Positions 13,643 through 27,134 of a stretch of DNA of 64,000 nt are shown piece by piece. The stretch comes from Octopus vulgaris (Eukaryota). A program made the position numbers and the translations under genes. The notes below the pieces were generated by a model, which saw only the letters and a program-made list of their open reading frames with translations, was not told where the DNA came from and made no database searches. The stretch spans positions 33,666,001-33,730,000 of the forward strand of contig OX597827.1 of the NCBI GenBank assembly GCA_951406725.2. The letters run 5' to 3'. Positions within the stretch are counted from its first letter, which is position 1, and each line of letters opens with the position of its first letter.

Positions 13643-14827
13643 TCATATATTCATATAATGAGGCACATCTGCATCTTGTTGAGGCTGCACCTCGTGTGAC
13701 GTGGTCTGCTGCGACACACTGATTGTGCCGCCGGCATTAGAGGACACTTGTTGTCCACTGTCATTGGCAGGGACAGTAGTGGCTACAGTGGTTGCTGATG
13801 TTGCATGCTGCTGCCGTGGCACACAGCTTAGTTTACCACCATTTTTGTTGTTCCTCTGATGCCGTTCCAGATGGTCTTTGCGAGCGAAAGCATAGCCGCA
13901 CAGCCCACACCTGAATGGTCGTTCACCTGTGTGGATGCGATGATGCACCTTCAAGTGTGACTTCTGACTAAATGACTTGTTGCAGACTTCGCAGTTGAAC
14001 AGCTTCTCCCTTGTGTGCGCCCTCTTGTGGCGAGTTAGGTAGCTGTTCTCAGCGAAGGCCTTGCCACATAGTTCGCACCGGTATGGCAAAAGTGCAGCAT
14101 GAATGCGCTCATGTAGTCCTGCATCAGTTCGCTCAGTGAAAGCCTTCCAGCAGGCTCGGCAGTTGAAAGGGTTGTCATTATTGTTGTATGAAGAGCTGAA
14201 CCCCGGGTTTCCACCACCTCCTCCACCACCACCACCTCCTCCACCATCACCACCGCTACCACCACCACCACCTCTTCCCCCACTGCTGTTCCCTCCACTT
14301 CCACTACTGCTCCCATATCCAGAATTAAAATTTGGGTTGTTCTGTGGTAGGAGTGACTCCTCATGAGTGCGAAAATGTCGCGTGAGGTCACCATTTCGAG
14401 AAAAAGCTGCACCGCAGACGTTGCACTTGAAAGGCTTATCATTTGCATAGATTTGCGAATGTGTGTGCATGTATGTTTCACTCTGGTTGTCATGGTGCTG
14501 TGTGCTGATGGTTGGGGCAATGCCATGAGTCTTCATATGACGTGTCAAGTTGCCATTTTGGCTAAAGGCTGATCCACACAAATGGCATTTGAATGGTTTC
14601 ACACCTGTGTGGATTACCTTATGCTGCTTCAGGTGGGATTTCTGTGAAAAACTCTTGCCACAAGTGTCACAGCGGAAGGGTTTGTCAACCCGATGGGACA
14701 GCCTGTGCCGCTCCAAGTTATCGTAGCGGGTGAAACCCTTGCCACAGATGTCACAGCTGTGTGACCGCTCCATATTGTGGATGGCCTCAGAAAGTTCAAA
14801 GTTCGATGTGTTGATCATGTGATTCAT
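13643..14827 (-). CDS. C2H2 zinc-finger protein, 394 aa, 8 fingers (3+1+4) with a Gly-rich spacer
   Basis: Intact ORF with repeated CxxC-x12-HxxxH motifs and TGVKPF/TGERPF linkers. GC content is clearly above the flanks. No intron is needed within the ORF, but upstream exons cannot be excluded. Confidence 0.95.
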   Translation of the reverse strand: MNHMINTSNFELSEAIHNMERSHSCDICGKGFTRYDNLERHRLSHRVDKPFRCDTCGKSFSQKSHLKQHKVIHTGVKPFKCHLCGSAFSQNGNLTRHMKTHGIAPTISTQHHDNQSETYMHTHSQIYANDKPFKCNVCGAAFSRNGDLTRHFRTHEESLLPQNNPNFNSGYGSSSGSGGNSSGGRGGGGGSGGDGGGGGGGGGGGGNPGFSSSYNNNDNPFNCRACWKAFTERTDAGLHERIHAALLPYRCELCGKAFAENSYLTRHKRAHTREKLFNCEVCNKSFSQKSHLKVHHRIHTGERPFRCGLCGYAFARKDHLERHQRNNKNGGKLSCVPRQQHATSATTVATTVPANDSGQQVSSNAGGTISVSQQTTSHEVQPQQDADVPHYMNI

Positions 14828-15842
14828 AATGGAGAATGCAAAAAATAGGGAAGGTTAGGTTGCACGCATGTGTGCGTGCATGTGTGCTTGCACACACGAG
14901 TATGTGATTTTTTTTTGTTGTATGAGAAAGGTCAGGTGGAAATCTCAGCAAGTGCTAGGGATTAATGACAGAGTGGTGTGTAATTATTATAATGCAGAAC
15001 AATGAGGTAGCAGTGTTTGGTCTGGTGCAGTAGTGGCCCTATTATCTTAGCAGTTTCACAGCAATGTTAGCAGTAGTGTGACCAAAGTATTTTGAGCCAT
15101 CGATTGACTAGACAAATGTCCACCTGATTTCTGGAAGTGAACATTGCAACTGCTGTACAATTTCAATAGAGATGTTATAAAACAGTTAAAGATATATAAT
15201 GCATAGATATTGCAGCTGATGGGAGGTGACAGTAATGCATGCTGAAATGTAATGAAGTGTGACTAGTTAGCTGAATGGAACGGTGAGACACAAGGAATGG
15301 ATGAAGATGATGATTTTCTTACAAAAAAAAAATAAATAAATAAAAACTACTGGCCTTTCAACAGTTAAAACTGAGAGAGAAGGTGAAAAATGTTTAAATT
15401 ATTAGCAAGGAGGTTGAAGACATAGAGAGAGTGAGTGAGAGAAAATAGATAAACAATTCTTGCTACCCTAAGAAACAATGGAGTTATAGAACTCCAATGA
15501 GTAGTTCATTAGAATCAATGTCTAATAGAGTGTGCCATCAACTACCTTTTAAGTTACTAAAACTATCTACCTACTACTGTAGACATTAGGTAGCTTGGGT
15601 ATAAATATGAGCTGAAATAAAGTCCAATGCCACACCCTTCTTTAATTAAAACTGAAGTCAGAATTTGGCAAGTGTTGATATTTTGGTCTTTGACATTGTG
15701 TGTTTATAGTATGAGCATGGGGGTTATTATATGTTGTGTGTTTAACAACATAAATATTGTATCAAGATTGAAACAGTCTTGAATGTGGCAATTATACTCT
15801 AGATTTTGGTATTAATACAAGAAGTATGCCAGCATTAACATT

Positions 15843-15884
<42 letters not shown>

Positions 15885-16657
15885 TGTATATGTATGTATA
15901 TATAAAATTAATGTAATGACAAGACACTTGGTATGCTATGAGTTCAATATGGATCACAGGACATCATTTGCCCTTGTTTATCAAGTAACTGCTGTCTTGC
16001 TTTATCTTCTCACATCTTCAGCTGTAGCAAGAAAAAAAAAAGTCAGTGTCCTTTGTCAATGAATACTGTAAAAAGAAAAAGAAAACAAAGAAATTAGGGG
16101 GAAAAAAATCAAGTTTAAAATAATATAAAACAAATGAAGTAAAACAGAACAAAAATATTGGGCTGTTTTTGTTTTTTACCCCCAGACCATCTATGATCAA
16201 AAGCGTTAACATACAAGATCAATGTTGATTATTTGTTTTTCTTTTTGAGGTGTCTAAGATTCTATGATCTAAGCATATTTTCAATTTCTAAGGTAGTAGA
16301 GTAAAATATGCAGGAAATTTTTCAAAGGAAGTTATTCTCAGTCCAGAACCTTAATTTTAATGTTTGCAATAGTGTAGAATCCACTAACAGCAACAAGAAG
16401 CAAGAAGTGATGTTAAACCGAGCAATTGATTAAGTCTACTATCTATATGACATTAGAATAGAAGATTGGCTTATAAAAATATGACACTGAATATTTCAAG
16501 CCTTCAATTCATCCTGACAAGAATGCGACCATTTTTCTCTGTTAAACTAAAAATGTGGGTATAACAAGAAAGAAAATTAATGCAAATGAAGTGAGATGTA
16601 TAAATGGTACACAAACTTATCCTAACTCACAAAATTGGTCATATATTTGGCTGGGCA

Positions 16658-16862
16658 AAGGCAGTGAGTGGGCAGAATCATTAGCACACTGGGCAAAATG
16701 CTTAGCAGCATTTCATCTGTCTTTACGTTCTGAGTTCAAATTCTGCCGAGGGTGACTTTGCCTTTCATCCTTTTGGATAAGTACCAGTTGAACACTGGGG
16801 TTGATGTAATCGACTTACCCCTTCCTCCAAAATTGCTGGCCTTGTACCAAAATTTGAAATCA
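16658..16862 (+). mobile_element. SINE family B copy
   Basis: AAGGCAGTGAGTGGGCAGAA...TTCTGAGTTCAAATTC...GACTTTGCCTTTCATCC. Confidence 0.85.
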
Positions 16863-17987
16863 ATATATTTGGCTGGGGTGTCTGTATTTCTTATGTACAA
16901 CAGACATGGAAGCCACCAGTTAAACGAAGTACAAAGATAATGCTACTGATGATGATGATAATGACATTGATAGTGGTGATATGTATTTACCTGAAATAAA
17001 TGACATTGCTCTCCTCTTCCATTTCATTACAAGATGATAACTTCTATAATGGATGTGCCCATTATGAGACACATGTGAGGGGTTTCCTCATGGCAAAGCA
17101 GCAGAGCACTGAAGAGGCAACCGTTCTCCCAGCAGTGGAATCAAATAAAGGTTACCTAGAAAGACAAACAGAGAGACAGGCAGGCAAAGATTAATAGGAG
17201 TTTCTTACACAGATAGATAAATGATAAACCCAAACAAATTACTGAGAGAATACTTCAAAGAAAAATTAACATTAATGTGATTGAGTATTTAGTATATGTG
17301 CATATGTTGAAATAAAATGTGAACATACATGATTGATCACTGAAACTAAACACAAGATAATTGGCTATAAACAAGAAACCTGCATAGGCCCTTGCAAGAG
17401 GCATAATAAAGAGAGTGAATCACAAGAGCCTGACAAACCCATGCAAGTGTGGAAATGGACATGTGCTGATGACAAGGAGGAGTATGATCACGAAGCTATT
17501 ATTTCAGAATATATTTAACACACACACACACACTTTCATAACCTAAATAGCTGACAGTCATGTAGTTAAAATGTCTACTTTGCTCCTACATGGATCCATC
17601 CTCACAGTGTAGTACTTTGCTTAAGTATATTGTATCACAGCCTTGGGATGTAAGAAGAATTTGGCAGATGGATAATGTGTGTGCGTATATGGTCCCTCCC
17701 TCTCTCTATGTATATATATATATATATATATATATAAAGCAATAAGAAATGGAGCAATAATAACAGTTAGAAGTTAGTGTTTTAAAGTCATTTAATAACG
17801 ATGAGAGTATGTTTACAGCTGTTTCAGTATATCAAGCTGGGGTAAATTTAACTTGTTTTTATATATATATTAAACCACCTTATAACAAGGACCATACATA
17901 CTGAGGTAATACCAAGAGTGCCTTTGGATACATCTATCCCTCAGACAGTTACATTACCTCTAACTTATATCTTTCACAACACACACA

Positions 17988-18043
<56 letters not shown>

Positions 18044-19073
18044 TTAAAAAAACATTATAAATGCACAGTCACCAACTCCACATCAGTTATCGGCCAGAAG
18101 GTCAAATGCAATTTTGCGCCCTACGATATTATTTATATAATACACACACATACAATCCTAAATTCAGTGAGTGATTGGCCTGTTACTAATAATGCTATAT
18201 TTGTGATGTAAAAACAATATTGATTTGTGCAATGCATGAGTGAAGTCAGGAGACTATTTAGGTAGCTGGCTTAGAATCTGCACATGTGACTCTCCAAAGA
18301 CACTCTGACGAGTCTAGGATTACGCATTTAACATAGCCTAACTTTAACTATGGTCTTCCAGGTCCAAAAAACTGGGAACAATGGAGAAAAACCAGTGAAT
18401 GATAGTCATGGCATTTAATATTTATAAAGAAAAGAGGTAATAACAGATGAACAATATAACTGTGTAACATGATTTTTGTCCTTGTGTAGCAACTGTTACC
18501 TTCTATTTGCTTACCCCTAGAAAGTAAGAAATATAGCTAATATTTCCTTCAAACTCTAAAGAATTTAGAACATTTATTCAAACTCTAAAGAATTCCTCTC
18601 AACACATGGTTATGATGCTTCCCCACTACACCTGCTCATGATCAGAGATGCTTATACTGTAAGCCACTAAGGGACATGCTTAAGTGGTTAAGGCCAAGTA
18701 AATGACAAGCAAATCTGTGGTATTGAGCAGAATATTTGTTATAACGATATTTCTGCTTCAGTACTGAATCTGTCTGAAATGTAATGGAAAATAAGTCAGT
18801 TTCAAAAAATTGACATCCATTTCACAAAAGCAAAGTTTCAAAGGAATAGAAGTTATTTCCTTTGATTTCTAGATAGAAGCAAATAGGAAATAATACTTAC
18901 CAACCAAAGACAAAAGAAAAATAAAGTCTTGTTTGAATTATGCTTACCTAATCTACACAAAAATATATTTTGTATTTTATGTATACTAATCAGTGTAACC
19001 TTCATGATTTTATTGAATTAGGTGGATATTATGCCATGAAAGGAAAACACTGCTATCAATCTATTTTATTCAA

Positions 19074-19460
19074 GGCGCAGGAGTGGCTGTGTGGTAAGTA
19101 GCTTGCTTACCAACCACATGATTCCAGGTTCAGTTCATCTACGTGACACCTTGGGTAAGTGTCTTCTACTATAATCTCAGGCTGACCAAAGCCTTGTGAG
19201 TGGATTTGGTAGACAGAAACTGAAAGAAGCTCGTTGTATATGTGTGTGTGTGTGTGTGCGTGTGTGTGTTTGTCCCTCCATCATCGCTTGACAACCAAGG
19301 CTGGTGTGTTTACATCCCTGTAACTTAGTGGTTCAGCAAAAGAGCCCGATAGAATAAGTACTAGGCTTACAAAGAATAAGTCCTGGGGTCAGTTTGTTCG
19401 ACTAAAGGCAGTGCTCCAGCATGGCCGCAGTCAAATGACTGAAACAAATAAAAGAATAAA
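19074..19460 (+). mobile_element. Full-length SINE family A copy
   Basis: GGCGCAGGAGTGGCTGTGTGG (A box), GGTTCAGTTC (B box), CCTTGGGTAAGT, central (TG)n and an AAATAAAAGAATAAAA tail. Confidence 0.9.
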
Positions 19461-20789
19461 AGTGTATTTAGTTGTGTATTTCTAGTAGTGAACATGTGTA
19501 TGCGTGTATAATTATAGACACTGCTGGCATGTTCTAAACAGAGTACAGGATCTAATGAGTCCAAAGATTGCGGCATGCTCCAGTGCTGGCTTTGGCATGG
19601 TTTTTATGGCTGGTTTGCAATGTTGATGAAACAGTTTTTTTTCTGGAAGATCATCTTTGCTGGAGCAAAGATTCCTTGAGAAGGAAAATCAACATCAAGA
19701 TTTAAAGCTCATAAAAAGCATATAATCTGGCCATATCTGGCCCAAATATTCTATTTGTTTTGACATTCGAATTGGCCATGTGTAGCTTCTCACACCTACT
19801 CTACAATGCCATTTTAAAAACAAACAATCACCTTATTGAAACCTCAGAGCTGTGAGATAATGCATGATTAATAAAAAACAATATGAATAAGTAAAGATTA
19901 CATTTAATAGAGTAATCTGAACACTAAAAGGTTAATGCTTCTCCTGGGAGGAAATGTCACTGGTGGTTTGGAATTAAAGCTCCTACATGTGTATCAGTAT
20001 GAAAATTCAAGAGCTTTCAAGAGTTACACAAAGTTTAGTTTACCTCTGATTTGGCATTAAAATAAGAAGGCATGAATGACTAAGATCCTTTTCAAAAAGT
20101 GTACAAACAATTTTTTGTCATACTGTAGAAAGAGACAGTGCTACAATTTAATATTTCCAACAGTCTCCTCTGTAAGGTGGTTAGTGTTAAGAAGAGCATC
20201 CAGCAATAAAAATCCTGACAAAACAAACAATGAAGTTTGGTAGTCTTCTGCTTAACTAGCCCCTGTCAAACTGTCCAACCCATGCCAGCATGGAAAACAA
20301 ACATTAAATGATGATGATGATGACAATGATGAACTTAGATGAGCTTTCTGATAACACAAGAGTAGAGTATATCTCAAGAATATAAATATTTTGCTCCAGT
20401 TAATGAATCAAGGTGTTACAGCTAAATTCAAATCATTATGCAAGAACTTTCAGACAACATATGTATATGACAGGGAGGATAACACTGTGATATAACTGCT
20501 CAACAGCAAGAAACCTGTTCTACTCTGGACCTTTTCTCTTATACTTTACCCCACTTTACTTCTCATCTCCTAGCATAAAGTTGTCACTTCTGGTTACATA
20601 GTCTTGAAAGCTGCATGGTGACCTCAGTGGTGGTGACACAAAAGAAACACCCAGTACACAGTGTGAAGTGATTAGAGTACAATGTAGTCCTGGGGCCCAC
20701 TGAATCCTATCAAACCATCTAACCCATACCAGCATGGAATGGAACATGGATATCAAATGATGATAAATCTACAGTTAGAGACTTCTGAT

Positions 20790-21060
20790 AGAAGATCAAC
20801 GTAACGGATGCTGAGTCATGGAATGAAGTAAAACCCACAAATTTGAATGGTGTTTGGAAAAAAAAAATGGCCAATTTGTATCTGCAAATTTACAAGTTTT
20901 CAACAAACATAAAATCTACATCAAATTTGCAAAGACATTGTGACACTTTTCTGCAAAGAATATAGCTATGGGATTGGCACTTATAGAAGGTCCGCAAGTT
21001 TTTGCTGATAATGACCATAATCATGAGTGTAACATAAAAATTATAAGAGGAGTTTACAAT
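20790..21060 (+). pseudogene. Tigger/pogo transposase C-terminal fragment
   Basis: Translates to ESWNEVKPTNLNGVWKK, resembling the TIGD1-type AW.EV....LNGVWKKLWP motif. It is frameshifted. Confidence 0.5.
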
Positions 21061-22496
21061 GAGTCCTGTTCCTATACTGAGCTGTAAAGAGATGATATAT
21101 GATAAACATCAAACAATTCTGGCTAAGTTCTTTGATCCTCAAGGAGATGATTGATAATAATTTTTTCTACTATAGGTACAGGGCCTGCAATTTTGAGGGA
21201 GGGGTAGTTGATTCCAAAGCTTGGCTGATACTTATTTCATTGACCCTGAAAGGACAAAAGGCAAAGTCAACCTCAGTGAGATTTCAACTCAGAATGTTAA
21301 GCGGGAAGAAATGTTGTTAAGTATTTTATCTGGTATGGTAACAATTCTGCCAGCCCACTGCCTTAGATGTTTGATAATAATGAACTGTATGATAGAATAT
21401 AATGACCCTCATCCTCCCAGTAGCTCTCAGTCAACCACCACCACCCTTACACCATATTCAACATACTTGTTATTCCCTAATATATTTTTCTTCAAATGAT
21501 TTTATGCATAAATATTGTACTATATATGTTTAGAAATTGTTATATTCAAGTGGTTGTGTTGCTTTGTATGTTTTAAAAATTCTGTTAGAAAGCATTATCA
21601 CTTTATAATATGAAAAGCAATTTTGCATCATGGCAAGTTTTCCAGGAATGATTATTTCTGTAATGTAGGGGATTCCTGTATATGTATGTTGTCATACTGA
21701 GTATTACAAGATAAATTTGAATCCTTATCATCATTTATATACTTTGTTTTCATGTTGGCAGAGGTTGGGCAGGTCTTACAACATTTTACATGTCATGGTG
21801 CCTCATCACCTGGCACATACAACAATAGAGAACACTACCAAATTTTGTTGATGTGTATCGTGTTATGGGTTTCACAGCAGGATACCTCCACCTCTTGTAA
21901 CCAACAACTTAACAGTATGGACTTGAGTATCTTCTCAAACCTATCACTAGAGGAAGAGTCTCCTCCACACTGTCTCAGTCCATTCCTCCTTCTACGGTGT
22001 AAGTTTCACAGCTGGATACTCTTCATATCATCAACCACTTCACAATATGAACTTTAACAAAAAACAGACAGAATGGTTATATCTAGAAAGCCTTTTGAGT
22101 TTAGATCTGCTGGATCAAGATTTAGCTGGGATTAAACAAGAATAATCAGTGAGTATCATACACAAACATATATTGGGTAATTCCTAAAAGAAATCATGCT
22201 TAGTGACAACTCAGAAGGTGAATGATTACTTGGAACCCTAGCATGTCACATGGGCACCTTCTGTTAGAATCACATCGCATATCAATCTTGATCTGTTCTT
22301 ACTGGTGAGAAATATTTGTTGTTCTCCCGGAGTGTCATTAGTAACTTGTTAAAATTAGCAACACTTAAAATGAAAAACAAGTGCAAGTAGACTTCATGAT
22401 TATGTATACCCACACTTGAGAATGCTGGTTTATTAACTACGAAGACAGTAATAACTGATAGTAGCAGACAATGAAAGAGGAAATCCTTCTTATATA

Positions 22497-23767
22497 TTGG
22501 GTCATCCCATAAATAATGCGTTTTTTTTTATACTTCTTTTATTCTTCAAAATTAAGTTAAACAAAGTTCTTTTTAATCTAAAATATACTCTCCTTCATTT
22601 TCTACAATGCTCTTCCATCTATCTGGTAGACTTGCAAGGCCCCTCTTCCAAAATTCATATGTCGGTATTGAAAAATACTCCTCCAGTACTGTTCTAACCT
22701 TGTCAACAGAATTCATATTTTTTTTTTGTCCAAATGATTTTGAAGACTGTGGAATAAATGGTAATTAGATGGGGCAATGTCCAGTGAATATGGTGGGTAG
22801 GGCATCATTTTCCATTCAAACTGCTCCAGCTTGTGGAATGTCATCCTCACTATATGTGGCCGAGCATTATCCTGATGGAAGAATACCTTTCTTCTTGAAA
22901 CTAAAGATGGTCATTTTTCTTCAAGCGCTGACTCAAGCTACTCACAATAGAGCTCCTTTGTTATCATTTGGTTTGGGTTTAAAAGTTCAAAATGGACTAA
23001 ACCTCTCATATCCCACCAAACAGATAACATCTTACATGGGTGAAGACCTTCTTTAGCCTGGAATGTCAGTGTATTTCTTTTCCCAACTCACTGTCTTCGG
23101 TGCTTGACATTTTTATAGAGAACCCATTTCTTGTCAACAGTCACTATTCAGTCTAAAAAAAGGGTCATTCACAAGACGTGACAGCAAAAAGCGCACATTC
23201 ATTCTCTGCACATGATTAGACTTGGAAAGTTTGTGAGGAACCCATTAACCCAATTTGCTGACTTTCCTGATAGCATGAAGGTGTCAATGAATGGTTGAAT
23301 GACCAAATCCAAGTTTCTCTGCTAGTTCCTCAACAGTTACAATGGGATTTTGTTCCATCAGGATTTGCAGGATGTCCTTGTTGAGCTCTACAGATCTTCC
23401 AGGACACACTCATCTTCTAGGCTGTAGTTTCCAGCTCGGAATTTCTGGAACCACCATTGACACTGGCTTACACTTACTGTCCAATCCCCATATACTACGT
23501 TAATATTCCTCACACTTTCCGTTGCATTGTTGCTTTTATTCAACTCAGAAAGTATAATATACCAAATATTCTTTGTCACTTCCATTATAGCTTTGAAAAA
23601 ATAACTGTTAAAATCAAATTACATTCTTTAAAACTTGCACTAAGAATAAGTACAAGGTAAATTTACTACCTGCTTTTATAGCAAATTGATGCAGGTAGTT
23701 TATCCCGTCCCCCTCTGACTTTTGGTTCAAGCAACTGAAAAAAAACGCATTATTTATGATGACTCAA
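22497..23767 (-). mobile_element. Full-length but dead mariner element (about 1.27 kb)
   Basis: TA-flanked TIRs TTGGGTCATCCCATAAATAATGCG / CGCATTATTTATGATGACTCAA. Minus-strand transposase motifs include an N-terminal HTH (23388-23585 ORF), IVTVDKKW, HQDNARPH and PYSLDIAP. It has multiple frameshifts. Confidence 0.93.
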
Positions 23768-26700
23768 TACAAAATGATAAGATGACCATAACTAGAGAGT
23801 CCTAGATCTTTCAGCTTAGGGCTTACCCATTGTAAATAACAGCACATGTGCAAATGGTTATATAATTTCTCATGTCACCATGTATGTTTTAATATCCTTC
23901 ATATATATCCTTTGGATATTAAGTTATTTGACATTGCAGTACAGTGATATAACATACACTTCCATTATCTCTCCAGTGTTTATAATTTGTTAAGTATTGA
24001 TAATACTTAATGCTTAAATTACCTACTGCCATATGTTGACGAGAGGAGCCTCTATGTGGTTGCTTGATCCACTATAAAAAGCAGCCAAATTTCCCTCAAA
24101 TCATACATTCAACTCTCCTAAAGAAAGAAATGACACAAAGTTGTTGTAGCTATACAAAATCAGGATGGTAAAGACTGAAACACTCTGTGTCATAAGAATA
24201 CTGGAATAAGTTTGACCAAAGAACAACCTCCAACCATAATCTAACTAATGAAAGAACCTCTTTATTTCAAGAACGGGGAGACCCTTACCAGGAGTGAGGA
24301 AACTCTTAGCCTGCAGAGAAAATTTCCACCTTATTCATATTTAGGAGCAGTATGATCAAGAAGTTTGTTTCACTGCTACATGATTTCAGATTCCATACCA
24401 CTGTGTGGTACCTTGGACAAGTGTCTTCTACTGTCACAAGCATTTGTACTAGGTCTCTGGTCTGAGGATTCTTTCACCTACCAGGAAGAGAGGAAGTGAT
24501 TTTGAGGTTGGAGAAAGATCTCAGGTTCATTCCTCCTTTTGACAAAGCCATGAAAGAAAAAAAATCATCCCATGTCAGTAAAAACTGGTTAAAACCTTTA
24601 ATACCAGAACAGTAGTTTAAATTATCACCATCACCACCATTTAATGTGTTTTTCATGCTGGCATGTGTTGGACAGTCTGATGGGAGCAGACAATCCAGAG
24701 GATTGCACCATGCTCCAATGTCGGCTTTGGCATTGTTTCTAGATCTGGATGCCCTTCCTAATGCCAACCACATCACAGTGAAGTGGGTGATTTTTATTAA
24801 GTCACCATATAACAAGACAAGAGCCCCTCAACTGAAGGAAAGAGGTATATCATTGAGGGAGGTGGTTTTATGCAAGGAGATGAGAGGTTTAAGTATGATA
24901 TAGAGTCACAAACAGATGTCTTGAAGTAGAGGAGATACACGGTTATCTCACTTGGAAAAGGAGAGAAAATGGTGAAGAGGTTTCAATTACAAAGGTGAAA
25001 ATAAGAGGAGTGAACCAGAGGACTGGACAGCATGAATGGATAGTTAAGTTTGCAAGAATGTGATAAAGGGTGTTCTAGCCTTTCTCATCCTGTCTTTTGT
25101 ATATTTACAACTACATTGTCTCATTTCTTTTTTTAGAAAAGTTGAATGTATGATTTGAGGGAGATCTGTTTTGCTGCTACTTTTAGCAGATCAAGCAACC
25201 ACCTAGAAGCTCTTTGTTGGCATGTGGGGGTAGGTAATTTAAGTATTAAGTTATAAAACTATAGATTATTTATATCAGATTTTATCCTCACAAGTTCTTA
25301 CACTCTTGCAATTTGCCCCCCTGCTCAAAATAATCACTCGACTTAGTAGAAACAGCAGCCAAATCAACCTCAGATCACATTCTATCTCACATAAACAATA
25401 CATTAAATAATGTAGTCCGGTAGGATGGTCATGGTTGGAATGCCTATGGTCATAAACTGCAAGATGAAGAAAGAGCTGAGGTTAATGAAGAAAACTTCTA
25501 GCTAGTCGCTCAACCTGCTAGAAACAGCAGCAACATCTTCCTGAATTTTGCCCTACCTTACTAAAATTAATTAAGACACAGAATAATGTAAGATCTAGAT
25601 ACACTTTCTCGATTACGACTGAAAACTTACCAAAATGTAAACTTAAAACTAACAAAATAGTTTTGATTCTGGCGTCATTTTATAATTATTATCTCTAGGG
25701 TGGCTAGCATCTCATCTACTATTTCACAGTGTATTTAGAACTATGTTATCCAACGAGCCTTTCGTTTTTAAAGACTCTAGTGTGAGTAGAAGGCGGCTTG
25801 GCTGCTATTCTTAGCAGGTCGAACGACCAAATAGAAAGTTTTGTTGGTTTGTTATTGAGTCATTAAGTCGGTGGTACACAAAGGTCAGAGGCGAGAAACG
25901 GGAGTGAAAATGTGTCTGAGAACCGAACAATAATATATATATATATACACACATGTATGTTTACATAGGAGTATAAGAGAGAGAGAGAGAACGAGTGTCA
26001 GGTGTTGTTTAGCCTCAGGTTAGTTCTCATTCCACGATCGAAAGACATTTTAGCTATCGAAGACTAAGACTACATAGTTCAAATTGTCCATCATTTTTGA
26101 AGACAGTTCAGTGAGATCTAAGGAAGATTTGGCTACTGTTTTTGGCAAGTCGAGCGACAACGTAACAGCTTCTTTCGTTGGCTCATCCGAACTTGATCTG
26201 GCAAGCCTATAATCAAAAGCAATCTAGTTATGACCTCTCCGTCTCTTTTTCACAGTAAATCTACGGTTATAGAATACTTTTTTATGATGTTGGTGACATG
26301 AAGGAGATTTAGTTGCTATTTCTAGCAAATGAAGCAACCACGAAGTGGCTCCGTCGAAAGTACTCCCTAATGGTGAAAATTAGTTGCAGAGTGAGAAGGA
26401 ATTAGGAGAGAATAGTTTTTAATGACATAACTATGTAGATGGAAAGTGAGAGATAAATAAATATGAGGGCAAGTGAGAGTAAGAAAATCAATAGAAAGGA
26501 ACAAGAGAGAAAGTGATTCGAAATCAAGTGGAGAGAAAGAAAGAGAGAGGTGTAAATGAATAGAGATTTGAGAATTAAGATAGGGAAGATAAAAAGAAAG
26601 AGATGAAGGTATTTGTGAGCTAGAGCGAAAGAGAGAATCGATGAGCAGAACAAGAAAGCGAACAGATGGAAGTCTAACGAAAAAGGTTGCCCCAATTCGA

Positions 26701-27134
26701 GATAAAACATATCAGATCCTAACTCCATCTACTCCCCATCTAAAAGATTATTACCGTAACTTGTAACCTCTATCTACATTTTTACTCAACCTGCTACAAA
26801 AAGCAGTCAAATAACACCCTTACATACTTAAAAGAAGTCGAAAATACATTGGATAATCAGCCTGATGTAGTCCTAGATAATATACAAAAAGCAGTTTGAA
26901 TACTCCTGGCCTAGGTCTGTAAGAACAGTTTTAATCTGTTAAAAAAAGGCAATTAGCTAGTATTTTGAAAACATGTAGATGTCTATATTTCTACTTTTCT
27001 GACTTTAGTGATACTTTTTACCGATCTTTTATAATGACAACAGAAGGAATGAGAGAAAATGAAAGAGAGAGAGAGAGAGAGGGGGGAGAAGACTATTTCA
27101 ATCACAACAGTTTAACACATGTTCAATAGTATAG

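Noticed and set aside
14035-14572. Alternative-frame and antisense ORFs over the ZNF
   Set aside because: Shadow ORFs caused by the GC-rich, repeat-containing coding sequence.
18300-18380. CTGACGAG as a possible hammerhead core
   Set aside because: No paired stem II followed by GAAA and an NUH triplet downstream.
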